Shown here: positions 1 to 9,464 of the stretch, piece by piece
How the letters are laid out: each line of letters opens with the position of its first letter
Position numbering within the stretch: the stretch's first letter is position 1
Assembly: GCA_963744845.1 (NCBI GenBank)
Contig: CAVUVE010000012.1
Coordinates: 403,507-467,506, forward strand
Length of the DNA: 64,000 nucleotides
Direction of reading: 5' to 3'
Origin: an uncultured Solirubrobacteraceae bacterium
GTDB taxonomy: Bacteria > Actinomycetota > Thermoleophilia > Solirubrobacterales > Solirubrobacteraceae
Notes under the pieces: model-generated
Told to the model about the DNA's origin: nothing
Databases searched by the model: none
Seen by the model: the letters and a program-made list of their open reading frames with translations, nothing else
Translations under genes and position numbers: made by a program

Positions 1-20
1 CAGCACCCGAGCCCGGCGCG

Positions 21-518
21 ATGACGCCGACCAGGCACCTGCTGCTGTTGCGCCACGCGAAGTCGAGCTGGGATGACCCCTCGCTCACCGATCACGATCG
101 CCCGCTCGCGCCGCGGGGCCGCACAGCCGCCAAACGGATCAGGGCGCACCTGTGCCACGAGCAGGCCCCCGTCGCGCTCGTGCTGTGCTCCTCGGCGAGG
201 CGTGCCCGCGAGACGCTTGAATTGGTGGCGCCCCCCGGGAGGATCCGGGTCGAGCGCGAGCTGTATGGCGCGACGTTCGCCGAGCTGCTCGAGCGCGTGC
301 GTCAGGTGCCCGACGAGGCAATGATGGTCATGCTGATCGGACACGAGCCGGCGATCCGTGACCTGGCGGTGGAGCTGATCGGGCCTCGGAGCGAGCTTGC
401 CGATCGGAAGTTCCCCACCGGTGCGCTGGCCACCTTGGCGTTCACCGGACCCTGGAGCACGCTCGGGCCCGGAGATGCCGAGCTCGCCGCGTTTGTCACC
501 CCGAGAGAACTCGCCTGA
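21..518 (+). CDS. histidine phosphatase family protein (SixA-like)
   Basis: 165-aa ORF. It has an N-terminal LLLLRHAKS catalytic motif, then PLAPRG, and a downstream IGHEPA motif typical of the histidine phosphatase superfamily. Confidence 0.85.
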   Translation: MTPTRHLLLLRHAKSSWDDPSLTDHDRPLAPRGRTAAKRIRAHLCHEQAPVALVLCSSARRARETLELVAPPGRIRVERELYGATFAELLERVRQVPDEAMMVMLIGHEPAIRDLAVELIGPRSELADRKFPTGALATLAFTGPWSTLGPGDAELAAFVTPRELA

Positions 519-585
519 CCAGCGCTGCGCGCCGGCGGGCTCACGTGCCCGCCGGGAGGAGTCTGGCTGGGAATGGTTGGTGTCC

Positions 586-1257
586 TTAGGCGGTCAGGTA
601 CTCATCGCGCTTGCGCGGCCACCCGTCAAAGTTCTCACCCCGGCCCCTGGGCGCGCGGTCGAGCAGTTGCCAGGTCGCGTTGAGTGCCTCGGTGCCGCGG
701 TCATACGTCGAGTAGGTGTGATAGACGACGCCGCCATCGAGCGCGAACACGCTGAGCGCCATCAGCTCCATCACGTTGAGCATGTTGCCCGCCCGGCGCG
801 GCGTCGGCACGTGCATGATCTCGTGGAAGTCGCGGTCGAACGCGTCGTCTGAGGAGACCCATTCGATCCCCCACCCCATGCGGGCCTTATACGCGTTGAG
901 CGCCTCGAGCGGTGAGCGTGAGGCGAGGATGAAGGTCACGTCGCGGTGCGCGAGATGGACGACCGCCCCCACCAGGTTGTCGGTCTCGAACGTGCAACCG
1001 GGACAACCCTCGGGCGTCTTGGGGCCGTGCATGAAGTGGCGCACGATCAACTGGGAGCGCCCGTCGAACAGCTCGGCGAGGCTCTTCGTCCCATCGTTGG
1101 TCTCGAAGCGGTAATCCTTCTCGACCGGCACCCAGGGCAGCGCTTGGCGCTTTCGGGCAAGCGCCGCATTGCGGCGGGTCAGGTCCTTTTCCTCGGCGCG
1201 CAGTTCGGCGTATGCGACTGCCCACTGCTCCCGCGTCCCGCGCTGATGTGACGCCAT
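586..1257 (-). CDS. DUF899-type thioredoxin-fold protein
   Basis: 223-aa ORF. The pattern EQW..EL...EK.LTR......RQALPWV.V.KDY.F....G...L..LF.G...L.V.HFM and a CPGC motif are characteristic of the DUF899 family. Confidence 0.8.
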   Translation of the reverse strand: MASHQRGTREQWAVAYAELRAEEKDLTRRNAALARKRQALPWVPVEKDYRFETNDGTKSLAELFDGRSQLIVRHFMHGPKTPEGCPGCTFETDNLVGAVVHLAHRDVTFILASRSPLEALNAYKARMGWGIEWVSSDDAFDRDFHEIMHVPTPRRAGNMLNVMELMALSVFALDGGVVYHTYSTYDRGTEALNATWQLLDRAPRGRGENFDGWPRKRDEYLTA

Positions 1258-1479
1258 GGATGGCTCCTCTCTGCCTCGCGATTTTGGTCGAGATGAAGAC
1301 TTGGCGGCAAGCCAAGAGTCATCGCTCGGCGAGACAGTCTCTCATCCGGAACATGTTCGACGGGCACGTGCCGGCTGCCCTCACGGCAGGAGTTCGTGCT
1401 GATGATCTGTCCGCCTCACGGGAGCGGGTGGCGAAACCTGCTTGGATCGTTGACCGCGCAGCACGAACGAGGAGGTGGC

Positions 1480-1899
1480 ATGAATATCGAGTTTCTCTCG
1501 ACCGTGGCGGTGATCGCACCGGATCCGCCCGCCAGTCGCAAGCTGTACGTCGATGCGCTGGGGCTACCGCTGGAGGGCCACGGCGGCGAGTATCACCACA
1601 GCGAGCAGATCGCCGGTTGCAAGTCCTTCGGTATCTGGCCGCTGGCCCAGGCGGCTGAGGCATGCTTCGGCACGCCGCAGTGGCCGGCGGAGCGGCCGGT
1701 GCCGCAGGTCAGCATCGAGTTCGACGTCGCGGACGCGGAGGCGGTCGGCCCGGCGGCACGGCAGCTCGAGCAGGCCGGCTACGACATCCTGCACCCACCG
1801 CGCGAAGAGCCGTGGGGTCAGACCGTGGCCAGGCTGCAGTCACCCGAGGGCGCGATCGTCGGGATCTCGTACGCCCCGGTACTGCACGACCAAGACTGA
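1480..1899 (+). CDS. VOC family (glyoxalase-like) protein
   Basis: I chose the internal ATG at 1480, which is preceded by GGAGGTGGC (SD-like). The sequence MNIEFLSTVAVIAPD..YVDALGL and the C-terminal WGQTVARLQSPEG..VGISY fit the VOC fold. Confidence 0.75.
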   Translation: MNIEFLSTVAVIAPDPPASRKLYVDALGLPLEGHGGEYHHSEQIAGCKSFGIWPLAQAAEACFGTPQWPAERPVPQVSIEFDVADAEAVGPAARQLEQAGYDILHPPREEPWGQTVARLQSPEGAIVGISYAPVLHDQD

Positions 1900-1949
1900 C
1901 GCAGGGACTCACGCGTAGGGTCCGTCGACGGTGGGCTCGGCGATCCGCG

Positions 1950-3308
1950 CTAGCGAGGCGATGCGGGAGCTAACAGATCGACGGAGCCGTCGAATTGCCA
2001 CAGGGGATTCGGTACGTCACCCGTGGCCCTGTGCACCGGGAAGAAGCCGTTGACCTGTTGTGGTCCGTCCCCGTCAGCGCGGTAGCGGCCGTCTGGCGTG
2101 ACATCGAGCTGATAGATCGCCGAGCCGATCGCCGTCGCGCCCGGGAGGCGCCACGAGACGACGCAGCGCCAGTCATTGCCCGCTCCCACATTCGCGACGA
2201 GGCCGCCGCCCTTGTCGCACGAGGCGCTGGTGCGCAGCTCTGCCTCCGTGACGCTCGGGCGATGCAGCTCTCCGGTCTGCATGCGATACAGGTGCGCGAA
2301 CGCCGTGGAGAGCGAGCCCTCCAGCTTGGCTTTGTCGATGCCGGAGGTGGAGGCCGAGGTCGCGCCTGCAATCACGCCGGCGGCGAGCGCAAGTACAGCG
2401 GCCAAGGGCAGTACCGCCCCCACGAGAGCACGGCGACCGGCGCCGTCGTAGGCCAGATCGGTGAAATCGCGGCGCATGAACAGGCGATAGGCCAGCGCGG
2501 AGGCGGCGACCGCGACGGCGAGGCTGACCGCAACGCCAACGATCGGAGGGCCGGTCTGGGCCGGATCGGTGAACAGCCCGCGCCACGCGATGAACCCGTA
2601 ACTCGGTAGGACGACCCGCACGACGACGGGCAGCGGAAGCAACTGCGCGATCTGGAGGATCAAGGCGAGCAGCGCGGGGATCGCCAGTCCCATGGGAGAT
2701 CGGCCGAACGCCACCGAGCCGAGCAGCCCGATCGCCGCAAAGGCCAGCATCGGCGCGAGCGCGATCAGCCAGGCGAGCAGCACCGCATGGGCCGCCTGCC
2801 CCGGGGCGAGGAGATGTCCATCAAGGCCGACCAGCGGCCGGTCGCCGACCGCCGCCAGTCCGCCGACGATGCCCGAGCAGGCCAGCCCGACTACGAGCAC
2901 GACGATGATGGTCAGGCTCGCCAGCGCCTTGGCCGCGAAGATGCGTCGCGGCGCCCTCACCGCGACCAGCAGGTGTCGCCACGTCCCGAGCCGGTCCTCC
3001 TGAGCGAAGATGTCGCCGGCGACCAGGGACGTCAGCAACGGCAGCACCCAGGTGCCGCAGAACGTCAACACCACCAGCGATCCCGCCCAACCGGTCTGAC
3101 TCATCCAGCGACCGAAGACGGTGTCGGACGGCAGCGAGCTCTGCTGGCTGATGACCGCCACCAGCAATGCCGGGCCAAGCCAGCAGGACAGCAGGGCCAG
3201 ACGGATCGGCCACCGGGCGAGCAGCTTGGTCAGCTCGAATTGGTAGCCGCGGCGAACCGGCGCCGGGCGGGCGCCGGCGTTGTCCAGCGCGACGGCCGCC
3301 GCGCTCAC
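1950..3308 (-). CDS. ABC-2 type transporter permease with about 136-aa C-terminal extracytoplasmic domain
   Basis: 452-aa ORF with about 6 hydrophobic helices. Its start (ATGA at 3305-3308) overlaps the stop of the upstream ABC ATPase. The C-terminal third is hydrophilic and carries 2 Cys. Confidence 0.75.
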   Translation of the reverse strand: MSAAAVALDNAGARPAPVRRGYQFELTKLLARWPIRLALLSCWLGPALLVAVISQQSSLPSDTVFGRWMSQTGWAGSLVVLTFCGTWVLPLLTSLVAGDIFAQEDRLGTWRHLLVAVRAPRRIFAAKALASLTIIVVLVVGLACSGIVGGLAAVGDRPLVGLDGHLLAPGQAAHAVLLAWLIALAPMLAFAAIGLLGSVAFGRSPMGLAIPALLALILQIAQLLPLPVVVRVVLPSYGFIAWRGLFTDPAQTGPPIVGVAVSLAVAVAASALAYRLFMRRDFTDLAYDGAGRRALVGAVLPLAAVLALAAGVIAGATSASTSGIDKAKLEGSLSTAFAHLYRMQTGELHRPSVTEAELRTSASCDKGGGLVANVGAGNDWRCVVSWRLPGATAIGSAIYQLDVTPDGRYRADGDGPQQVNGFFPVHRATGDVPNPLWQFDGSVDLLAPASPR

Positions 3309-4204
3309 CGGGCCCCGTCCTCGCTCGGATTCGCGGCGGCGGTCAGGGCGAGGAAGGCCGCCTCGAGCGGCGGCACGACCGGCGACAACTCGCGCACACC
3401 CACGCCGGCGCCGGCCAGGCGCGCGACGAGATCATCAAGGGCCGGCACCGCCGCACGCACCAACAGGGCCCCAGCGTCACGACGCTGGTACAGGTCGTCA
3501 TTGGGCACAACGCGCAGCCCCGGCACTTCGGCCGCGACCCGACGGGCGCCAGCCGGATCGGACGTTCGCAGCCGGTAGTCCAACTCGTCGGCGCCGGCGG
3601 CGAGCTCGGTGATCGGACCCGAGAAGACCACCCGCCCGCGCGCGAGGAGAGTGATCTCGCTGCACAGCGCGGCCAGATCATCCATCCGATGACTCGAGAG
3701 GACGATCGACGTCCCACCGTCCGCCAGCTCGGTGAGCACCCGATGGACATGCCGCGTGCCGGCCGGATCGAGCCCGTTGGCGGGTTCGTCGAGCACCAGC
3801 AGCCGAGGTGTCGTCAGCAGCGCGGCGGCCAGCCCGAGGCGCTGTCGCATCCCGAGCGAGAAGCCCCGCACGCGGTCGTCGGCGACATCGACGAGCCCGA
3901 CCTGCTCGAGCACGCCATCGATGCCTCCCGATCCGTCCCCCCGCAGGCGAGCCAGCGCGGCGAGGTTCTGCCGCGCCGTCAGCGAGGGATACAGGCCCGG
4001 TCCGTCCACGAACCCGGCAACCCCCGCGGGGAGAGCGAGCGTCCGGCGCACCGGGGAGCCGAAGATCTCCAGCTCGCCGTCGTCGGGTTGGGCCAGACCA
4101 AGCAGCAGCGCCAGCAACGTCGTCTTCCCCGCCCCGTTGGGTCCCACGAGACCGTGGACCTGCCCCGGCCAGACGTCGACGTCGACGCCGTCAAGCGCGA
4201 CCAC
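3305..4204 (-). CDS. ABC transporter ATP-binding protein
   Basis: Walker A GPNGAGKTT, signature FSLGMRQRL and Walker B LLVLDEP. The conserved N-terminal strand (RARGIVKSFGEVVALDG) continues in frame upstream of the listed GTG start at 4204, so the true start is probably upstream (see finding). Confidence 0.92.
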   Translation of the reverse strand: MVALDGVDVDVWPGQVHGLVGPNGAGKTTLLALLLGLAQPDDGELEIFGSPVRRTLALPAGVAGFVDGPGLYPSLTARQNLAALARLRGDGSGGIDGVLEQVGLVDVADDRVRGFSLGMRQRLGLAAALLTTPRLLVLDEPANGLDPAGTRHVHRVLTELADGGTSIVLSSHRMDDLAALCSEITLLARGRVVFSGPITELAAGADELDYRLRTSDPAGARRVAAEVPGLRVVPNDDLYQRRDAGALLVRAAVPALDDLVARLAGAGVGVRELSPVVPPLEAAFLALTAAANPSEDGAR

Positions 4205-4368
4205 CTCGCCAAAGGACTTGACGATCCCACGGGCACGAACAGCGAGCTGCCGTGTTCGATGATCGATCGGCGCCTGCGGTGTCTCGCTCGCCCCGGCAGT
4301 CGACGGCCCGCCGGAGCTCCGGCGGGCCGTCGCATCGGACTGCTGTCCAGCGCTTGTCTCCAGGCTCG

Positions 4369-7254
4369 TCAGTTCGCCTCCGAGCTCGGGATGTACGCGC
4401 CCGGAACCTTCGACGGGGCGTAGATCTTCGAGTCACCCGGGTAGGGCACCTTCCAATCGTGAGCCCGGTACCACGTGTAGCGATTCATCTGCTCCGGGTT
4501 GGCGTAGTCGGGGACCGCGCCGTTGCCGGTGAGATGCTGGCCGGCGAGCCAGGTCTGCCACGCAGCGGCGGTGGCCGTTTCACCGGCCGGCACGGCGTTG
4601 TTTCGCACCTCCGACCGCGCCAGCGCCGCCTTCGCCGCGCCACTCCGGCCCAGCGTGTCCAGCCCGCAGGCCGGCGGGGTGGTGATGCCCTCGGTGAGCG
4701 AGATCTGGTTCGGCACTGCGTTGAACGGGCGGTAGTCGGGCCGCCTGGTGAACGCGTCGTACATCGGTGTCGCCGCCGCGAGCTTCTCGTTCAGCGGCTG
4801 GGCGCCGAGGATCTGCTCAATCGTGCGGACCATGTTGATCTGCGAGTAGTAGGTGCTGTCGACCGCGTGGTGCAGCGACCACGGGCTGATGATCTGGACC
4901 GGGGCGCGGTGCCCGTCGACGTGGTCGGCTCCGTCCTGGCTGTCGTCCTCGACCACGAAGATCGCGGAGTTCTTCCAGTACTTGCTGTGCGAGATCGTGT
5001 CGATGACCTGGCCGGTGGCGAGATCGTTGTCGGCCACCCCCGCCTCCGGGTTGGTCGGCCCGCCGGTGTGATCGCTGGAGAACCACATCATGTTGAAGTT
5101 GGCAGGACCGTTGCGCTCGAAGTCCTGCTTCCAGATCTGGTAGCGGTAGATGTCAGGGATCGAGAGGTCAAACGGCGGGGACTGCGGGTCGGCGATCGCG
5201 TTCAGCGACGGGATCACCGAGCCGTAGTTGCCCTTGAGGTCGGGGGTGGTCAGCTGGGCGGGGTCGCCGCCGTTCTGGACGCTCTTGCTCGCGCAGTAGT
5301 ACTGCTGCCACGTCCCGGGCGGCTTGCCCTCCATGTACTCGAACTCGCCGTAGTTGCGGGCGCTCGCGCCGGCGGACTCGACGGCGGTCCACAAGAAGCC
5401 CGAGCGCTGGTGGCCGAGCACGTCCTCCTCGGTGTCGTAGCTGCGCTCGTACTCACCCGCCGAGGACTCGGTGTACTCGGGATTGTCGCCCTGCATCAGC
5501 CAGTTGTGGCCCTCGGCGGAGTTCGTTCCGACGTCGTACGTGTTGTCGTAGAGACCGAACTGCTTGGCCAGTGCGTGCTGATTGGGAGTTGCCCTCTCGC
5601 CGAACTGGGTGAGGGTCGGGTCGCCGTTGCCCTCGCCGATATCGCCCAGCAGCTGGTCGTAGGTGCGGTTCTCCTTGACGATCAAGAAGACGTGCTTGAT
5701 CGTGGACGGGTCACCGATGCGCGTCGGGACGGGCACCGCCCTGCCCCAGTGGCCCCAGCCCCGCTCGCCGCTGTGGCGGGCCCTGCGGCCCCAGGCCTGG
5801 TCGACGTTGTCCCTGCCCCAGCCGTTCTGAGCAAAGACGGTCCGGGTGTACCTGGCGATCCTCCGGTCGCTCGGGAGCGTGAAGCGGGTCAGCGATGCGG
5901 TGGTGCTGTGCGTGTCATGGCCGCTGACGGGAACGGTTCCCGGTCCCTTGTAGGTCGTGATCGCCGGGCCGCGGGCGTCGATTCCGCGGGTGTTGGTGAC
6001 GACGATCTGGTTGCCGGCGCTCGCCACCGCCGCCGGGTAGTAGTCCGTCGGCAGCAGGCCGATGTAGCTCACCGGATCCTGCGGCGTGCCGTCGTAGCGA
6101 TACACCGCGACCGCGTTCGCCCTCCCCAACGTGACCAGCAGGTGGCCGTCCGTGGTCACGTCGATCCCGTCGGGCTCGTACCCCACCGCGGACGCCGGCC
6201 ACGGCTTGGTCTCGATCGTCTGCACGACCTGATCCGTGGTCGTGTCGATGACCGAGACGGTGTCGCTGTTGGTGTTGGCGACGAACAGCGCGTTGGCGCT
6301 CTGGTACATCGCCGTCGGATGCAGGCCGACGGCGATGGAGCCGACCGCCGCCGTCGGGTCCGCCGTGCTGATGACGCTGACGGTTCCGGTCGTCGATGTT
6401 CCGAGATACCCGTCGGCGGGCACCTGGGTGCCGTAGGAGCCCATGGTCGTATCGCCGGGCTGCGCCTGGCGGCCGCCCTCGTTGCTCACGTAGAGCTTGC
6501 CGCCGACGAAGCTGAGCTCCCGCGGTGCGATGCCGACATTCCACGTGTGCTCGATCGCACCCGTGCCGGGGTCAAGCGCGACCACGGTGTTCTGTCCGTT
6601 GATGGCCGCGTACAGGGTGGACCCGTCGGGCGAGTACTTGGTCTGTCCGACGAGGGCGGATTGGCCGTTCACCGCCGGGATCGGGACGGTGGTCGGCGCG
6701 CCCAGCGTCCCGTCGGCGTTGACCGGGAATCGAGTCAGGCCGTCGCGCTCCGGCAGCCAGAGAAACTTGCCGTCGGGCGAGTACGTCGGCCCTTCCTGAC
6801 CGACGGTGCCGTCGGACAGCTGCTGGTTGACCGCGGGCGCGCTGCCCACCGTCCAGATGAGCTTGTAGCTCGACAGATCGAAGATCTGCAGGACGACCGA
6901 CTTGTCGGCGCTGGTGGCGGCGAGGAAGCGCCCGTCGGGGCTGACCGTCGAGCCCATGAACTTGCCGAACTGGGTGACCAGGCGATCGCCGAGCGGCTGG
7001 ATGATCTGGTTGTCGGAGACCTGAATGCCGTTGGCGTACTCGGTGCCGACCTGGTTCTGATCAGCCCACGGGGCGGCGTAGGTCACGCCTGCGCCGGCCA
7101 GGACGACGGCCGTCGCGCCGGCCACGATGATGCGGCGGCGGCGGCCGGCCCGGCCAAGGAGCCCGAGACGAGTCCTCGAGCCCTGGCGGCGTCGTCGCAT
7201 GACCTGCGGACCGGTGGGTTCACTGCGATTCCCGCTACTAGACCGGCTGAGCAT
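4369..7254 (-). CDS. secreted YncE-like beta-propeller / phosphoesterase (PLC-AcpA family) fusion protein
   Basis: 961 aa. It has an Arg-rich N-terminus and a hydrophobic signal (IIVAGATAVVLAGAGVTYA). YVTN-type beta-propeller repeats follow (YVSNEGG, FVANTNSDTVSVIDTTTDQVVQTIE). The C-terminal half has FLIVKENRTYDQLLGD and SSDHTGG motifs of the phosphoesterase family. An alternative start lies at 7200. Confidence 0.85.
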   Translation of the reverse strand: MLSRSSSGNRSEPTGPQVMRRRRQGSRTRLGLLGRAGRRRRIIVAGATAVVLAGAGVTYAAPWADQNQVGTEYANGIQVSDNQIIQPLGDRLVTQFGKFMGSTVSPDGRFLAATSADKSVVLQIFDLSSYKLIWTVGSAPAVNQQLSDGTVGQEGPTYSPDGKFLWLPERDGLTRFPVNADGTLGAPTTVPIPAVNGQSALVGQTKYSPDGSTLYAAINGQNTVVALDPGTGAIEHTWNVGIAPRELSFVGGKLYVSNEGGRQAQPGDTTMGSYGTQVPADGYLGTSTTGTVSVISTADPTAAVGSIAVGLHPTAMYQSANALFVANTNSDTVSVIDTTTDQVVQTIETKPWPASAVGYEPDGIDVTTDGHLLVTLGRANAVAVYRYDGTPQDPVSYIGLLPTDYYPAAVASAGNQIVVTNTRGIDARGPAITTYKGPGTVPVSGHDTHSTTASLTRFTLPSDRRIARYTRTVFAQNGWGRDNVDQAWGRRARHSGERGWGHWGRAVPVPTRIGDPSTIKHVFLIVKENRTYDQLLGDIGEGNGDPTLTQFGERATPNQHALAKQFGLYDNTYDVGTNSAEGHNWLMQGDNPEYTESSAGEYERSYDTEEDVLGHQRSGFLWTAVESAGASARNYGEFEYMEGKPPGTWQQYYCASKSVQNGGDPAQLTTPDLKGNYGSVIPSLNAIADPQSPPFDLSIPDIYRYQIWKQDFERNGPANFNMMWFSSDHTGGPTNPEAGVADNDLATGQVIDTISHSKYWKNSAIFVVEDDSQDGADHVDGHRAPVQIISPWSLHHAVDSTYYSQINMVRTIEQILGAQPLNEKLAAATPMYDAFTRRPDYRPFNAVPNQISLTEGITTPPACGLDTLGRSGAAKAALARSEVRNNAVPAGETATAAAWQTWLAGQHLTGNGAVPDYANPEQMNRYTWYRAHDWKVPYPGDSKIYAPSKVPGAYIPSSEAN

Positions 7255-7401
7255 CGGCTAATCCCCTTTGTGCGCTCGACATCGGCAGCGGAAACCTAAG
7301 GGCTGCCGTCGCGTGCGCAGGTGACCCGCTTGTTATTCAGTCGTGTCGATCTCGCGCTCCAGCCCGACTCACCGACGACCGGCGCGCGGCACCTTTGATC
7401 G

Positions 7402-8613
7402 TCATCGGTGCGGCGCGGCGGGAAGCCGGACCGTGACGCAGAGCCCGCCGGCCGCGCGGGGGGCGAGCGTGAGCGCGCCGTCGTGTGCTTGGGCGATGCT
7501 GTTGACAATCGCCAGGCCGAGACCGACCCCGGCGTGGTCGGCGCGTATCCGCCGGGTGCCGCGCTGAAACGGCTCGGCCAGCGTGGAGACCTGCTGCGGG
7601 GCGAGATGCTCGCCAGTGTTCTCGACGGTGAGCGCCACGGTCTCGGGGTCAACGCTCGTGGTCACCCACACGGTGCCGTGCTCAGGGAGGTTGTGGACGA
7701 TGGCGTTGTGGACGAGGTTCGTCGTCATCTGCAGCAGCAGAGCGTGTGAGCCGACGGTCGGCGTCATCTCGCCGGAGGTCTCGATGCTGACGCCGCGTTT
7801 CTCGGCGAGCCCGAGGAGCGTCTCCGTGGCCTCCTCGGCGATGAGGGACAGGTCGACGGGCTCCCGGACGAAGGACCGCTGATCGGCGCGAGTGAGGAGG
7901 AGCAGCGCCTCGGTGAGGTCGATCGCTCGGGCGTTGACGTAGTGGAGACGATCGACCAATTCGTCGTTGCCGCGATTGGGATCGTTGCGGGCCACGTCGA
8001 GCAGCGTTTGGGTGATCGCCAGTGGCGTACGCAGCTCGTGGGAGGCGTTGGCCGCGAATCGCTGCTGTTCGCCGACGTGGGCCTCGAGCCGCGCGAGGAG
8101 GCCGTCGACGGTGTCGGCGAGGTCCTTGAGCTCGTCGCGGGGGCCCGAGAGCGCGAGGCGCTGGTCCAGGTTGCGCTCGGAGATCTGCCGCGTGGTCGCC
8201 GTCATCGCCCGGAGCGGGCGCAGCACCCGCCCGGCGACCAGCCAGCCGAGCGCGATCGAGACGACGGTCATGATCGCCAGCGCGACCCCGGACCACAGGA
8301 GCCCTTGGTGAAGACCGTGGCTGTTACGGTCGAGGGCCCCGACGTACATGCGGCGGACATTGCGGACGACGTCCGGATTCGCCAAGAAACGGTCGAGGGC
8401 GCCCGGGTTGGCCGACCGGTGCGGAAGCCCGGTCGGCACGATCAGGTCGACCCCGGTGTTGTTGCGGAAGAGTAGGTAGGTCGCCCCGAGCAGCGCCAGT
8501 CCCGAGCCGAGGAACAGGCCGCCGTAGAGCAGCGTCAAGCGCAGGCGCACGGTCCGTGGCGGCAGATGGAGCAGCCGGCGTGGGATCCACCTGGTCAGCG
8601 CGAGGCGAGGCAT
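7402..8613 (-). CDS. sensor histidine kinase (HAMP-HisKA-HATPase)
   Basis: I chose the internal ATG at 8613 (MPRLALTRW); the longer listed ORF overlaps the response regulator. It has two TM segments, a HAMP region, the H-box FAANASHELRTPLA and ATPase motifs (NLVHNAIVHN, GVGLGLAIV). Confidence 0.88.
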   Translation of the reverse strand: MPRLALTRWIPRRLLHLPPRTVRLRLTLLYGGLFLGSGLALLGATYLLFRNNTGVDLIVPTGLPHRSANPGALDRFLANPDVVRNVRRMYVGALDRNSHGLHQGLLWSGVALAIMTVVSIALGWLVAGRVLRPLRAMTATTRQISERNLDQRLALSGPRDELKDLADTVDGLLARLEAHVGEQQRFAANASHELRTPLAITQTLLDVARNDPNRGNDELVDRLHYVNARAIDLTEALLLLTRADQRSFVREPVDLSLIAEEATETLLGLAEKRGVSIETSGEMTPTVGSHALLLQMTTNLVHNAIVHNLPEHGTVWVTTSVDPETVALTVENTGEHLAPQQVSTLAEPFQRGTRRIRADHAGVGLGLAIVNSIAQAHDGALTLAPRAAGGLCVTVRLPAAPHR

Positions 8614-8629
8614 TCTGAGGCCGGGAGCT

Positions 8630-9325
8630 CTATCCACCGGGCCGTCCCTCCGAACCAGTGTGCGGTTGCGTGTCGATGCGATATCCGACGCCGGGCACGG
8701 TGGCGATGATCGAGGGTTCGCCGAGGCGTTTGCGCAGCGCCGAGACGGTGATGCGCACGGCGTTGGTGAACGGGTCCGCGTGCTCATCCCAGGCCTGGTG
8801 CAGGAGCTCTTCGGCGCTGACGACTCCGCCCTCGGCGCAGATGAGCACCTCGAGCACGGCGAACTGCTTGCGGGTGAGCGCGACGTAGCGGCCGTCGCGA
8901 TGGACCTCACGGCGGAAGGGATCCAGTCGCAGGCCGGCGATCTCGCGCACGGGCGGCCGGTGGTGGGCGCGCCTGCGGTCGAGCGCTCGGAGACGCAGCA
9001 CGAGCTCTCGCAGCTCGAACGGCTTGGTGAGGTAATCGTCGGCGCCGAGCTCGAACCCGGATGCCTTGTCGCCGAGACGGTCGGCAGCGGTGAGCATCAG
9101 GATCCCCATCCCGCTACCCGACGCGATGATGCGGCGGGCGATCTCGTCACCGGACTGCCCGGGTATGTCGCGATCGAGGACGGCGATGTCGTAGGCGTTG
9201 ACGCCCAGCAGCTCGAGCGCGGTGTCGCCGGCGCCGGCGATGTCGGCCGCGATCGCCTCGAGGCGCAGACCGTCGCGGATCGCCTCGGCCATCAGGGGCT
9301 CGTCCTCGACGATCAACACGCGCAT
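8630..9325 (-). CDS. OmpR-family response regulator
   Basis: MRVLIVEDEP receiver domain with LDRDIPG and KPF motifs, plus a C-terminal winged-helix (LTRKQFAVLEVL...VPGVGYRI). It ends 17 nt upstream of the kinase start. An alternative start lies at 9352. Confidence 0.9.
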   Translation of the reverse strand: MRVLIVEDEPLMAEAIRDGLRLEAIAADIAGAGDTALELLGVNAYDIAVLDRDIPGQSGDEIARRIIASGSGMGILMLTAADRLGDKASGFELGADDYLTKPFELRELVLRLRALDRRRAHHRPPVREIAGLRLDPFRREVHRDGRYVALTRKQFAVLEVLICAEGGVVSAEELLHQAWDEHADPFTNAVRITVSALRKRLGEPSIIATVPGVGYRIDTQPHTGSEGRPGG

Positions 9326-9464
9326 GCTGCCGGATGCTGCCAGTCCGGACATATCGCCGGCATATCGAAAAACGCATACGGTCTGGCAACCCCCCGCCGC
9401 CTTCACTGGCGGCGTGGCCCGGACTCAATCAGGACGACCGGTGGCCGGCTGGAGTCGGCCGACC

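Noticed and set aside
4252-7299. A 1015-aa plus-strand ORF covering the whole phosphoesterase locus.
   Set aside because: It is antisense to a gene with clear family motifs. Its translation is Arg/Gly/Val/Asp-rich low-complexity sequence with no motif, which is typical of GC-driven shadow ORFs.
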